Below, one piece after another: positions 47,443 through 57,822 of a DNA stretch of 64,000 nucleotides. Where the stretch lies: positions 490,535 through 554,534 of the forward strand of contig CAVQIZ010000005.1 in assembly GCA_963712735.1 (NCBI GenBank), in the 5' to 3' direction. Source of the stretch: an uncultured Chloroflexia bacterium. GTDB taxonomy: Bacteria > Chloroflexota > Limnocylindria > Limnocylindrales > CSP1-4. A program made the translations under genes and the position numbers. The notes below the pieces were generated by a model. That model ran no database searches and had not been told where the DNA came from. It worked only from the letters and a program-made list of their open reading frames with translations. The first letter of the stretch is position 1, and every line of letters starts with the position of its first letter.

Positions 47443-48207
47443 CCGATCGCCGATCTCGCTGCCCGTCGGGCCCGGTCGCGACGAGGACGAGCCGGTCGAC
47501 GAGAGGCGCCCGATCGCGCGGACGAGCCGGTGGCCAGGCTCGACGTGGAGATCACGCCCGATGAGGTCGTGCTCCCGCCTGCCGACGAGACGAGGACGAG
47601 GCCGGCGCCAGCGTGGCCGACCTGGAGGCCCTGCTCTTCGTCGCCGAGCGCCCCCTCAGCTCGCTGGAGAGCTCGCCACGGTCGCCCGGCTCTCGGCCGA
47701 CGAGGTGGACGAGCGACTGGGTGACCTGGAGGTCCAGCTGCGCGATCGCGGCATCCGCCTGGTGAGCGCAGGAGACCGGGTGATGCTGGGCACGTCGCCC
47801 GAGAGCGGTGCCCTCATCGCGCGCTACCTCGGCGCTGACAGCGTGCGCCTCTCGCCGGCGGCGCTCGAGACGCTGGCCATCATCGCCTACCGTCAGCCCG
47901 TGACCCGCGGGGTCATCGAGCGCATCCGCGGCGTCGATTCGGGCCACGTGGTGCGAGGGTTGCTGCATCGCCGACTGGTGACCGAGCAGGGCCGGGCCGA
48001 GTCGCCCGGTCGCCCCATCCTGTACGGCACCAGCATGGAGTTCATGGAGCGCTTCGGCTTGACGTCGCTGGACGACCTGCCGCCGATCGAGGCGGAGATC
48101 GCCGCCCAGCTGGCGCAGGCGGAAGAGGATGTCGAGGACCGCGGCCGAGCGGGGCTCGACGAGGCGGTCGCGCCGGCGGGGACGAGGCCACGGCCGAGGA
48201 TGGCTGA
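47439..48207 (+). CDS. scpB: SMC-Scp complex subunit ScpB; several frameshifts
   Basis: LEALLFVAERP, LSPAALETLAIIAYRQPVTR, IRGVDS, GRPILYGT, FGLTSLDDLP; ATGA overlap with scpA; likely true end ...DEATAEDG* at 48205-48207. Confidence 0.85.
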
Positions 48208-48977
48208 GACCATCCGCGTGCAGAAGGCGCTGGCCGACGCGGGCGTGGCCTCGCGGCGTGGCGCCGATGCCCTCGTCGCCGCCGGGCGCGTCACCGTCAA
48301 TGGCCTCGCGGCGGTGACCGGACAGCGGCTCGACCCGCGTGTCGACGCCCTGGCCGTGGACGGCCGCCCCGTCGTGCCGGCGGGCAGGCGCACGTACCTG
48401 GTGCTGCACAAGCCCCCCGGTGTCACCAGCACGGTCTCCGACCGCCACGCCGAGCAGACGGTGCTCGACCTCGTCCCCGCCGAGTTGCGACGAGCCGGCA
48501 CGCGCCTGTACCCGGTCGGCCGCCTGGACAAGGATTCGGAGGGTCTCATCCTGTTGACCGACGACGGCGACTGGACCCAGCACCTGCTGCACCCACGCTA
48601 CGGGGTCGAGCGCGAGTACGCCGTCGGGCTGCGGCGTCCGCTCGATGCGGCCCAGGCACGGGCGCTCGAGGACGGTATCGCGCTCGACGAGGGCGTCGCC
48701 ACGCTGGTCAGCATGCGCCAGGCGACTCGCACCGAGGCGTCGCGCATCGAGCGACCGGGCGACCCGGCCGACGCCCTGTACTGGTATCGGGCTGTGCTGA
48801 CGCAGGGCTGGAAGCGGCAGTTGCGGCGGATGTTCGCCGCGGTCAGCGCGCCCGTGGAGCGGCTGGTCCGCGTCCGGATCGGGACCCTGCGACTCGACGA
48901 CCTGGCGCCCGGGGACGTGCGACCCCTCACGAGCGCTGAACGCGAACGCCTCGCGAGCCACGCGGAGCGGCCGTTGA
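48200..48977 (+). CDS. rluB: rRNA pseudouridine synthase, RsuA/RluB family
   Basis: RVQKALADAGVASRR S4 domain, HKPPGV, PVGRLDKDSEGLILLTDDG, GWKRQLRRM, LVRVRIG; 3' end uncertain (in frame with cmk as assembled). Confidence 0.9.
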
Positions 48978-49663
48978 GCGGGCTGCGGGTCGCTCTCGAC
49001 GGCCCCGGCTCCAGCGGCAAGTCGTCGGTCGGTGCCGCGGCGGCCGGCAGGTCGGCTACCGCTTCCTCGACACGGGCGTGCTCTACCGCGCCATCACCCT
49101 GCTCAGCGTCCTGCGTGACATCGACCCCGATTCCGCGGCGGAGCTGGTCGCGCTGGTGCCGGAGATCGAGCTGGTCGCCGACGCTGACGGTGCCATGCGG
49201 CGGGCGACGGTCGCCGGCGAGGACGTGACCAGCCAGCTGCACGTCCCCGCGGTCGACCGCTGCGTCAGCGCCGTGTCAGCACAGGCGGAGGTGCGCGCGG
49301 CGCTGCTGCAGGACGCAGCGAGACATCGCCGCTCCCGGGCGCATCATCCTTGCCGGTCGTGACATCGGCACGGTCGTGCTGCCGGACGCGGAGCTGAAGC
49401 TCTATCTCGACGTGTCGGTCGAGGAGCGCGCACGCCGACGAGCAGAGGAACGCGGGCTGGCGCCCGACTTCGCCCGAGGCCGCCACCATCCTTGCCGACC
49501 TGCGCCGGCGTGACCACCTCGACGGCAGCCGTGCCGTGGCACCGCTGCGCATCCCCGACGATGCGGTCATCGTCCGCTCCGACGGCCGACGCTTCGACGA
49601 CACCGTGGCGGAGGTCGTCGACATCATCCGCCGACATGAAGGACAGGAGGCACCCCGACGTGA
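48974..49663 (+). CDS. cmk: Cytidylate kinase; frameshifts near 49045, 49315, 49475 and 49640
   Basis: [50 protein letters not shown] and RRRDHLD in successive frames. Confidence 0.88.
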
Positions 49664-50339
49664 GCGATCACGAGGGCCTGACCCTCTACTCGCGCCTCAT
49701 CGCCGGCCTGTGCCGCTTCGGCCTGCAGTCGATCGCGCGTGTGCGCGTCGAGGGCGTGGACGGTCTTGCCCACCCACGGCCCACTCATCCTCGCCGCCAA
49801 CCACATGAGTAACGCCGACCCGCCCTTCATCGGCGGCTGGCTGGCGCCCGCCCTGGAGCGGCGGCCGACGTTCTTGGCCAAGGACGCGCTCTTCGTGGGC
49901 CCGCTCGGCATCCTCATCCGCTCGCTGGGCGCTGAGCCGGTCAAGGCCGGCGGCAGCGACATCAGCGCCTACCGCGTCGCCAAGGGCATCCTCGACCGGG
50001 GCGGCGTGGTGGCCATCCTGCCTGAGGGGACGCGCTCGTTCGACGGCGTCCTGGCGCAGCCGAAGCCCGGGGTCTCGCTTGCTGGCTACGCGAACGGGTG
50101 CACCGGTGCTGCCCATCGGCATCTCGGGCACCGACGAGGTCATCGGCCGCGAGCAGGTGCTGCCGCACATCGGCAGCCGCATCATCCTGCGCGTGGGCCG
50201 GCCGTTCACGCTGTCCATCCCGCCCGGGGCAGACCGCCGCGCCGCCCTCGCTGCGGCCGACGTCGAGCTGATGCGTCGCATCGCCGCACTCGTCGAGCCG
50301 CGCCACCGCGGCGACTGGGAACCCTGGCCCGGGGCGTGA
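49660..50339 (+). CDS. plsC: Lysophospholipid acyltransferase (PlsC family), copy 1; frameshifts near 49772 and 50080
   Basis: NHMSNAD (HX4D), FLAKDAL, PEGTRS, PVLPIGISGT. Confidence 0.85.
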
Positions 50340-51013
50340 GCCGCCACGACACCCTGCCGGCTTATCCCCGCGCCATCTCGCTGACCTCGCGTGCGGTGAT
50401 GTCGTCGATCTGCCGTGTCCGCACCGAAGGCCTGGCGCGACCTGTGCCCAGTGGACCGCTCATCGTGGTCTCGAACCACCTGAGTGACACCGATCCGCCT
50501 CTCCTGTGGGGCTGGCTCGCCCCGGCCATCGGGCGGCCCTTCCGCTTCCTGGCCAAGGCCAGCCTGCTGCACGGCCCGGTGGGCGCGGTGATGCGATCGT
50601 TCGGTGCCATCCCGGTGCGTGACGACGGCGCCGACGCCTCCGCCATCCGCATGGCCCTGGCCGCCCTCGCCGCCGGCGACAGCCTGTTGCTGGCGCCGGA
50701 GGGCACCCGTAGCCACGACGGCCGCATGGGTCGACCACGGCCGGGAAGCGCCCTGCTGGCCATCCGCAGCGGTGCCACCGTGCTGCCGGTCGGAATCTCG
50801 GGAACAGACCGGCTCCTGGCTCGCGGACGACGACTGCCGCGCGTCGGCACCTTCGTCACGCTGCGCATGGGCGCGCCGTTCCTGCTGACCAGGCACGACG
50901 GGGCTGAGCGACGCACCGCGCTGGCAGCCGCGGACGAGCAGATCATGCGCCGCATCGCCACGCTCGTCGACCCACGCCACCGCGGCGAGTGGGAGCCCTG
51001 GCACGACGCATGA
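50336..51013 (+). CDS. plsC: Lysophospholipid acyltransferase (PlsC family), copy 2
   Basis: NHLSDTD (HX4D), FLAKASL, PEGTRS, VLPVGISGT; GTGA overlap with copy 1. Confidence 0.88.
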   Translation: MSRHDTLPAYPRAISLTSRAVMSSICRVRTEGLARPVPSGPLIVVSNHLSDTDPPLLWGWLAPAIGRPFRFLAKASLLHGPVGAVMRSFGAIPVRDDGADASAIRMALAALAAGDSLLLAPEGTRSHDGRMGRPRPGSALLAIRSGATVLPVGISGTDRLLARGRRLPRVGTFVTLRMGAPFLLTRHDGAERRTALAAADEQIMRRIATLVDPRHRGEWEPWHDA

Positions 51014-51078
51014 GGCCCAGGGCACTCCTCCGATCCGGTAGACGATGCAACCGGATGGATCCGGGACGTCATAGGCGC

Positions 51079-51924
51079 ATGAAGACCCACACCCTCGCCA
51101 CTCCGTTCCTGGCTGCCTGCCTGCTGGCAGCAGCTTCAGCCAGCGTCAGCCTCGGGGCTGACGGTCCGGACTCGGCCATCGCGAGTCCTGCGACCGGTCC
51201 CGTCTACGTCGACTCGGCCGGGCTGCGGTACCTGGAGAGCTGGCCCGTGCAGGTCCAACTGGAGGTCCGCGGCTCGCTGCCGACACCCTGCCACCAGCCC
51301 GTCTCGGAGGTGCAGGACCTGGGCGACTCGGTCGATGTCCTGCTCTGGAGCGTGGCCGACCCGGAGGTGGCTTGCATCGCCGTCCTCGAACCGTTCGAGC
51401 TGGTCATCGACCTCGGCTCGTATACCGCTGCCGACAAGCCGGTGCTGCTCAACGGTGAGGTCGTGGCACAGGTGGTCGTCGGGAGTAGCGCATCCGAGCC
51501 CGCACTGGCCGGCGGCGGCTGGTCGTTCGGCATGTGCCTGGGCTACTGCGCCGCGGACCTGCGCCTGGAGGGTGACGACATCGTGGTCAGCGGACGTGAC
51601 CGCGAGGAAGCAGCTTCCCTGTACGAGAACCGGGGCACGCTCACCGAGCAGGGGCGCGAGCAGCTCGATGAGGCCCTGGCGCGACTGGTGGCCGGCGAGC
51701 TCGAGCCGGTCTACGGCTGCCCCGACTGTGCTGACGGCGGGGCCGCCTACCTGGAGCTGGTCCTCGACGGCAGGGTCCAGCGCGTCGAGATGGAGTTCGG
51801 GGACCCTCCGCCGGCCCTGGCCGACCTGTACGCCACCACGATGTCCCTCATCGACGCCCTCGAGACGTGCACAGACACGCCGCTGGTGGACGTCGCCGAA
51901 AGCTGCGAGCCCTACCAGCGCTGA
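51079..51924 (+). CDS. Secreted two-domain Cys-containing hypothetical protein
   Basis: Signal peptide MKTHTLATPFLAACLLAAASA; motifs GSLPTPCH...ACIAVLEPF and SFGMCLGYC...YGCPDCADGG. Confidence 0.75.
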   Translation: MKTHTLATPFLAACLLAAASASVSLGADGPDSAIASPATGPVYVDSAGLRYLESWPVQVQLEVRGSLPTPCHQPVSEVQDLGDSVDVLLWSVADPEVACIAVLEPFELVIDLGSYTAADKPVLLNGEVVAQVVVGSSASEPALAGGGWSFGMCLGYCAADLRLEGDDIVVSGRDREEAASLYENRGTLTEQGREQLDEALARLVAGELEPVYGCPDCADGGAAYLELVLDGRVQRVEMEFGDPPPALADLYATTMSLIDALETCTDTPLVDVAESCEPYQR

Positions 51925-52004
51925 GGGCCGGGCGGCGTCCACGGGCAGGTACGCCGGGCCGGCTTCATGCCATCGTCAAGCAGCGATGCGATACTTGCCG
52001 TCTC

Positions 52005-52952
52005 ATGGGAACCGTCGCCGAAGTCCGCATCGCCCGCCGCACCGGTTTCTGCTACGGCGTGCGCGAAGCCATCGACGCGGCGCGCATCAGTGCTGCCGAG
52101 GGCAAGACCACCCACACGTTGGGCCAGGTCGTGCACAACGAGGGCGTCATCAAGGGACTGCGTGAGCAGGGCATCGTCTCGGTCAAGGAGCTTGACGAGG
52201 TCGCCCCGGGCTCGGCTGTCGTCATCCGCGCCCACGGCGTCACGCCGGAGGTCATGGCCCAGGCTGAGGACAGGGGCCTGGACGTCATCGACGGCACCTG
52301 CAGCTGGGTGACGCAGGAGCAGAAGGAGCTGGCCCGGCTCGTCGAAGAGGGCTACACCGTCGTCCTGCTCGGCACGCCCAACCATCCCGAGGTCGTCGGC
52401 CTGCTCGGCTTCGCGCCTGACGCCATCCTGGTGGACGAAGAGGAAGACTGGGAGCGCATCCCGCGACGCAAGCGCATGGCGCTGCTGACGCAGTCGACCC
52501 AGCCCCCGTGGAAGTTCGAGAAGCTTGCGGGCTACCTCACCACGCGCGCCCACGAGCTGAAGATCGTCAACACCGTCTGCCCGGTGACCATCCGCCGCCA
52601 GCAGGACACGACCGATCTGGCCGATGCGGTCGACCTGGTGGTCGTGGTGGGAGGGCGCAACAGCGCCAACACCAAGGAACTCACGCGCCTGGTGGGCATC
52701 GTGGGCAAGCCGGCCGTTCAGGTCGAGCGCGCGTCGGACATCGAGGACGCGGCCGTCTTCGACGGCCACACCATCGTCGGGGTGACCGGAGGGACGTCCA
52801 CACCCATCGAGGACCTGGAGCACGTGGCTGCTCGCATCTATGAGCTGGCCGGCACGAGTGCCATCCGCCCCCAGGCTGCCCGCTTGGCACACGAAGCCGT
52901 CACCGCAGTCGCCGAGTCGGCCTACCGCAGCACCTCGCTGAGCGCCGCCTAG
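52005..52952 (+). CDS. ispH: 4-hydroxy-3-methylbut-2-enyl diphosphate reductase
   Basis: GFCYGVREA, VVHN, IRAHGV, DGTCSWV, HPEVVG, TQSTQ, NTVCPVT, GGRNSANT, GVTGGTSTP. Confidence 0.97.
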   Translation: MGTVAEVRIARRTGFCYGVREAIDAARISAAEGKTTHTLGQVVHNEGVIKGLREQGIVSVKELDEVAPGSAVVIRAHGVTPEVMAQAEDRGLDVIDGTCSWVTQEQKELARLVEEGYTVVLLGTPNHPEVVGLLGFAPDAILVDEEEDWERIPRRKRMALLTQSTQPPWKFEKLAGYLTTRAHELKIVNTVCPVTIRRQQDTTDLADAVDLVVVVGGRNSANTKELTRLVGIVGKPAVQVERASDIEDAAVFDGHTIVGVTGGTSTPIEDLEHVAARIYELAGTSAIRPQAARLAHEAVTAVAESAYRSTSLSAA

Positions 52953-52955
52953 CTC

Positions 52956-54557
52956 GTGCCCACCCGCCGCACCCGCCGTCGCCCTCGCAACGTCGATCAG
53001 GACACGTCCGCCGCCGGCCTACCCGTCGTCGCCATCGTGGGCCGTCCCAACGTGGGCAAGTCGACACTGTTCAATCGCATCGTGGGCCAGCGCCGTGCCA
53101 TCGTGGAGGACCGCGCTCGCACCACGCGTGACCGCCTCTACGGCGTGGCCGAGTGGAACGGCCGGCGCTACGTCGTCATCGACACCGGCGGCATGGAGAT
53201 CGACCCCGGCGACGCCATCGAGGAACGCGTGCAGGAGCAGGTCCGCCTGGCCATCGAGGAGGCGGAGGTGATCGTCTTCGTCGTCGACGCGGCCACCGGC
53301 CAGACGCCGGCCGACCAGGAGGTCGCCGAGACACTCCGCCGGGCCGAGGCTCCGGTGGTCATGGCCATCAACAAGGCCGACAACGAGCGACTCGAGATGC
53401 AGGGAGCCGAGTTCCTGCGCCTCGGTTGGGATGACTGGTATGCCGTCTCCGCTCTGCATGGCCGCGGCACGGGTGACCTGCTCGATGCCATCGTGGCGGC
53501 GCTGCCGGAGGAGTCGTTCGACGAGCTGGAGCGGAAGCGCCGCGAAGCCGAGACCGACGAGCTGGCCGAGGAGATCGAGGCCGGCATCCTGCCGCCGGCG
53601 GGCGAGGAGGAGGCTGCCGCTGCGGAGGCGGGCACGGCCTGGTTCGACGACGATGCACCCACCCCGCGGATCGCCATCGTGGGCCGGCCCAACGTGGGCA
53701 AGTCTTCGCTGCTCAACCAGCTGCTGGGCGAAGAGCGCGCCATCGTCAGCGACATCCCCGGCACCACGCGGGACGCCATCGACACCACCCTCGAGTGGAA
53801 GGGACGCGAGCTGCGGCTGGTGGACACCGCGGGCCTGCGCCGCCGGGGCAAGGTCGCTGCGGGGCCGGCGGCGGAGCGCTACTCGGCGTTGCGCGCGCTC
53901 AAGGCTCTCGGTCGGGCCGATGTCTGCGTGCTGGTGCTCGACGCACGCGACGGGCTGGCGGCGCAGGACGCCCACGTCGCGGGCTACGTCGTGGACGAGG
54001 GCGTGGGCCTGGTCATCGCCATCAACAAGTGGGACCTCGTGGAGAAGGACGACAAGACGTTCGAGGAGTACGTCGCCCGGGTCCGGGCGGAAGCTCCGTT
54101 CCTCCACTTCGCGCCGGTCATCGCCATCAGCGCACTGACCGGGCAGCGGGCGGCCAAGGTGCTCGACGAGGCGCTGGTCATCGCCGCCGAGCGCCGACGC
54201 CGCATCCCCACGGCCACGCTGAACAAGGTGCTTTCCGAGGCGGTGTCCCGACACCAGCCGCCGCCGGTCAAGGGTCGGCGGCCCCGCTTCTACTACGCCA
54301 CCCAGGCCACCATCGAGCCACCCACGTTCGTGCTCTTCGCGGCGGACGCCAAGTCGGTGCACTTCAGCTACGAGCGCTTCCTCGAGAACCGCATCCGCGA
54401 CGCCTTCGACTTCGAGGGCACGCCGCTACGGCTGATCTTCCGCGAGCGCTCACGCGTCGAACTGGAGCCGCGCAGGCGCAAGCCCAAGCCCACCAGGGGT
54501 CGAAAAGCGGTGAAGGGGCAGAAGCCGACCCGGAAGACTGCTCGCAAGGGCTCCTGA
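52956..54557 (+). CDS. der: Ribosome biogenesis GTPase Der (EngA)
   Basis: Two G domains ([13 protein letters not shown] and [13 protein letters not shown]), DTGG/DTAG, NKAD/NKWD, KH-like C-terminal domain. Confidence 0.97.
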   Translation: MPTRRTRRRPRNVDQDTSAAGLPVVAIVGRPNVGKSTLFNRIVGQRRAIVEDRARTTRDRLYGVAEWNGRRYVVIDTGGMEIDPGDAIEERVQEQVRLAIEEAEVIVFVVDAATGQTPADQEVAETLRRAEAPVVMAINKADNERLEMQGAEFLRLGWDDWYAVSALHGRGTGDLLDAIVAALPEESFDELERKRREAETDELAEEIEAGILPPAGEEEAAAAEAGTAWFDDDAPTPRIAIVGRPNVGKSSLLNQLLGEERAIVSDIPGTTRDAIDTTLEWKGRELRLVDTAGLRRRGKVAAGPAAERYSALRALKALGRADVCVLVLDARDGLAAQDAHVAGYVVDEGVGLVIAINKWDLVEKDDKTFEEYVARVRAEAPFLHFAPVIAISALTGQRAAKVLDEALVIAAERRRRIPTATLNKVLSEAVSRHQPPPVKGRRPRFYYATQATIEPPTFVLFAADAKSVHFSYERFLENRIRDAFDFEGTPLRLIFRERSRVELEPRRRKPKPTRGRKAVKGQKPTRKTARKGS

Positions 54558-55583
54558 TGCCGGCTGCTGGGCCACGGCTCGCCGTCGTCGGGGCTGGTAC
54601 CTGGGGCACCACGCTGGCCGTGCTGCTGTCTGCGCGCGAGGCGGTCTCGCTGGTCGTGCGTGACGCCGCGCATGCCCGGCGCCTGCGTGCCGACGGCGAG
54701 AACCGTCGCTACCTGCCGGGCGTGGCACTGCCGGAGCAGATCGTGGTCGCGTCCGATGCGTCGGTCCTGGAGTCCGCGACCGAGCTCATCGTGCTGGCGG
54801 TCCCTTCGGTCGCCATGCGCCCCACGGTGAGGGCCATCGCCGGCGCCGTCCCGGATCGATTCCGTGCTGCTCTCGGTGGCCAAGGGTATCGAGCGCGATA
54901 CGCTGCTGCGGATGACCCAGGTCGTGGCCGAGGAGGTACCCGACGCCCGATCGCGTGTGGCAGCGCTGTCCGGCCCCAACCTGGCGCTCGAGATCTCGCG
55001 CGGCCTGCCTGCGGGCGCCGTGGTAGGCGCGGCAGAAGACGACGTCAGTCGCCGCGTGGCGGAGATCGTGGGCAGCCGCACCTTCCGCTTGTACCGCAAT
55101 CGCGACGTCGTCGGCGTCGAGCTGGCCGGTGCCCTCAAGAACATCGTCGCCATCGTGGCCGGTGCGGTGGACGCGCTGGGAGCAGGGGACAACGCCAAGG
55201 CGGCCATCACCACGCGCGGCCTGGCCGAGATCACGCGCCTGGGTGTCGCCATGGGTGCCAACCCACTGACGTTCGCCGGGCTTGCCGGCATCGGGGACAT
55301 CCTGGCAACCTCGAGCTCAGCGCTATCGCGCAATCACCGGCTCGGCGTGGAGCTGGCTTCGGGGCGGGCATGGACCGACATCGAAGGCACCTTGCCGGGC
55401 GTGGCCGAGGGCGCGTACACCGTGCGCGCTGCCCTGGCCCTGGCCGAGCGGCACGGCGTCGAACTGCCCATCGCCCAGGAGGTGCACGCGGTGCTGTACG
55501 AGGGCAAGGACGTGCGTTCGTCGGTCGCAGACCTGCTGGCACGCGAGTCGAAGGACGAGCTATCCGGGCTGCCCACCACATAG
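54557..55583 (+). CDS. gpsA: NAD(P)H-dependent glycerol-3-phosphate dehydrogenase; one frameshift near 54857
   Basis: VVGAGTWGTTLA, NRRYLPG, LAVPS, then SVAKGIE, LSGPNLA, GALKNIVAI, GLAGIGD, SRNHRLG, EG..T in the next frame. Confidence 0.93.
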
Positions 55584-55783
55584 GCCGGTGGCATCGCCTC
55601 AGGTCGAGGGCGGATGGAGGAGGTGGGGTGAGCTGAGGCGCAGTACGAGTCACCCATGGGTGGCGCCGCGCGGCTCTGCGAACGTGGGGGTCTGACCTTC
55701 CGCATGGGGCCGCCACGATGCACGCGAGCTTCTCGTTCACCCTCGAGACCGGGCCTGTCGGTCGATCGATAGAGGAGGAGCCG

Positions 55784-56593
55784 GTGCCCACGCGGCCGTC
55801 AGCAGGTCGGGGAGCCGGCCAGCTGTGGTTCTTGGGCCTGACCGCCATGACCCTGCTCTTCGCTGCCCTGCTGATCCTCGCCCAGCTGACCCGCGGCGGA
55901 AGCCTCGCTGCCAGCGTGGCTCCCATCCTGTTCGCCTACGCCATCGGCATCGCCGTGCTTGGCGTCGGTGCGCTCGCCTACGTCACGTACGGCGCCCGAG
56001 CGCTCGGCTCCCTTGCTTCGGAAGGGCCCGCCGGCGATCCGGTGGCGGCCGGATCCGGGCTGCGGGTCGCGCCCGCCGTGCCACCGCGCGGGCAGGCGCT
56101 TCCGACTCAGACACGCTCGGAGCCCGTGGGTCCACCGTCCGTGGGTCCGCCGTCCGTGAGTCCGCCGTCCGAGCAGTCGCAGCGTGCCCCTGCTCCGGTC
56201 GGGCCCGCCTCCCTCCCGGTCGCGTCGGCGCTGTCCCAGGCTCCCGCAGCGGTCAGCTCGAGCGCGGCGCGCCGGGCAGCCGTCCAGACGATCCGCATGC
56301 CGAGGCCCGTCGTCGCCGGCACGGCGTCTCCCCGACCGTATCCGTTCCCCGCTCCGCGGGTCGAGCAGGTCGCCCTGCAGGTTCGCGTCGCCGGCCTCCG
56401 ATCGGCGGCGTGGGGTCCCCGGCCACCGACGCTCGTCGATCGGCTCCTGGGCCGCGGCACGCACCGCTCGTACCCGCCGCAGGAACGACGGTCCGGACTG
56501 ATGGGCCCCGTGCCCACGCCAGGGCCGATGTCTCCGGCTCCCGCGACCACTCCGACCAGGGCTCCAAGCGCGGTGATGCTGGCTCACCGCTGA
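55784..56593 (+). CDS. Hypothetical membrane protein (2 TM) with a long Pro-rich tail
   Basis: GAGGAGG SD before GTG 55784; two hydrophobic segments. Confidence 0.6.
   Translation: MPTRPSAGRGAGQLWFLGLTAMTLLFAALLILAQLTRGGSLAASVAPILFAYAIGIAVLGVGALAYVTYGARALGSLASEGPAGDPVAAGSGLRVAPAVPPRGQALPTQTRSEPVGPPSVGPPSVSPPSEQSQRAPAPVGPASLPVASALSQAPAAVSSSAARRAAVQTIRMPRPVVAGTASPRPYPFPAPRVEQVALQVRVAGLRSAAWGPRPPTLVDRLLGRGTHRSYPPQERRSGLMGPVPTPGPMSPAPATTPTRAPSAVMLAHR
56126..56170 (+). repeat. Three 15-bp tandem repeats encoding VGPPS-VGPPS-VSPPS
   Basis: gtgggtccaccgtcc / gtgggtccgccgtcc / gtgagtccgccgtcc. Confidence 0.9.
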
Positions 56594-56623
56594 CCAGCCG
56601 CACACAGGTGCGCCCGGTGACAG

Positions 56624-56632
56624 TGCTAGACT
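56624..56632 (+). promoter_or_regulatory. Extended -10 element (TGc-TAGACT) for tRNA-Pro
   Basis: TAGACT at 56627-56632, 15 nt before the tRNA 5' end. Confidence 0.55.
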
Positions 56633-56647
56633 CCGGACGTCGCCGAT

Positions 56648-56724
56648 CGGGGCGTGGCGCAGCCTGGTAGCGCACTTGACTGGGGGTCAAGAGGTCGCTG
56701 GTTCAAATCCAGTCGCCCCGACCA
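56648..56724 (+). tRNA. tRNA-Pro (anticodon GGG)
   Basis: Acceptor stem CGGGGCG/CGCCCCG, D-arm GCGC, anticodon stem CTTGA/TCAAG with loop CTGGGGG, GTTCAAATC T-loop, encoded CCA. Confidence 0.98.
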
Positions 56725-56739
56725 CATACTGAGCGTGAC

Positions 56740-56773
56740 ATGGCCCTTGGAGGAGACTCCGAGGGCCATTCTC
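56740..56773 (+). terminator. Stem-loop downstream of tRNA-Pro (probable terminator or processing hairpin)
   Basis: ATGGCCCTTGGAG-GAGA-CTCCGAGGGCCAT: 13-bp stem with one G-U pair, GNRA loop, followed by TCTC (weak U tract). Confidence 0.65.
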
Positions 56774-56994
56774 ATGGGCGGCGTATGACTGCGCACCAGG
56801 TCCGGGACAGGCCGGCATGCTCGGCGGGCCCGATAGCAGGTGCGAGGCGCAGGCACGAGCTCAAGGAGTTCCTGGGCGCGACGGCGACGAGGCTCGCAGC
56901 CACGCCTGTCGGCGACGAATTGCTGGCGTACAGGACCGACGCTCCCCTTCCACGCCCAACGTCAGCTCGATGGCGACCATGTGGGCTGGCGCCC

Positions 56995-57822
56995 TTATCT
57001 GGACACACTTGTGAGGCGGTCGAGCAAGGCCCCATCTCGGATGGCTGCCAGATCTGCACGACCGTTGACTGCTTCACCCGCCTCCATCCTGACCCAGCCG
57101 AGACCCTCCGGCCGCACGATCTCGAAGCCACAGTCTCGAAGCAACTCGACCACTTCGAGGGACTCGTAGCCGTACTGTCCAGTGAGATCCGAGTCGGATT
57201 CGAAGTAGACGGCGCGCGTCGCAGCGAGGGTCCTAGTCGCCCCCTTGAAGACCGGGAGCTCGAACCCCTCGACATCGACCTTGAGAAGATCCACTTCGGC
57301 AGCGTCGAGGATGTCGTCCAGCCGCTCGACGCGGACCTCGATACCGTAGTCTCCGATGTGGTTCATGTCGTCCGCCTTGAGGTCGCTGAACCGTATCGTT
57401 CCGGACTCGGCACCCGCCGCAAGGTTCAGCGCCTCGATGTTCCTACACCCATTCAGTTCGATGTTCCCCTTGAGGTAGCCGAATACCCGCGGATGCGCCT
57501 CGATCGCGACGACCCGACCGGCGTCGCCAACGAGACCAGCGGCGTGGATGGCCAGCGCGCCGACGTTCGCGCCGACATCGACGACGGTGTCGCCTGCGGC
57601 GAGGACCTGTTCAAGGAAGCGATGATCCTCGGACCGGTCAGTGCGATCCATCCAGTATTGCTCCGTGATCGCGGATGGATAGAGGCGAAGGCGGACGTGG
57701 TCATTTAACCGGAAGGACACTCGTTCCGAGACGCGCACGGCTCGCAGGAGACGAGAGACCGTGAAACGGGTCGGGCTTCGGTGACTGCGGACGATCCTGA
57801 TCGTCTCCCGAGGTGAGCGCAT
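56995..57822 (-). CDS. FkbM family SAM-dependent methyltransferase
   Basis: VVDVGANVG, VVAIEAHP, LLKVDVEGFELPVFKGA; more A/T-ending codons than the core genes. Confidence 0.9.
   Translation of the reverse strand: MRSPRETIRIVRSHRSPTRFTVSRLLRAVRVSERVSFRLNDHVRLRLYPSAITEQYWMDRTDRSEDHRFLEQVLAAGDTVVDVGANVGALAIHAAGLVGDAGRVVAIEAHPRVFGYLKGNIELNGCRNIEALNLAAGAESGTIRFSDLKADDMNHIGDYGIEVRVERLDDILDAAEVDLLKVDVEGFELPVFKGATRTLAATRAVYFESDSDLTGQYGYESLEVVELLRDCGFEIVRPEGLGWVRMEAGEAVNGRADLAAIRDGALLDRLTSVSR

Noticed and set aside
47561-48207. Apparent ScpB-RluB fusion (555-aa ORF 47561-49228)
   Set aside because: A shifted frame gives a natural, GC3-rich ScpB end (...GGDEATAEDG*) whose TGA overlaps the rluB start (ATGGCTGA, 48200-48207). 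scpB has other indels too, so one error explains the fusion.
36383-55583. Pseudogenisation or programmed frameshifting of mltG, dxs, scpB, cmk, plsC and gpsA
   Set aside because: These are core genes with intact motifs, no evident nonsense substitutions and no recognisable slippery heptamers; clustered indels fit assembly error better.
55584-55783. Possible structured RNA in the 200-nt gap after gpsA (CGCCTCAG/CTGAGGCG inverted repeat; CACCCATGGGTG palindrome)
   Set aside because: I could not match it to any known RNA family, and short inverted repeats are expected by chance at this GC content; cmscan would be needed.
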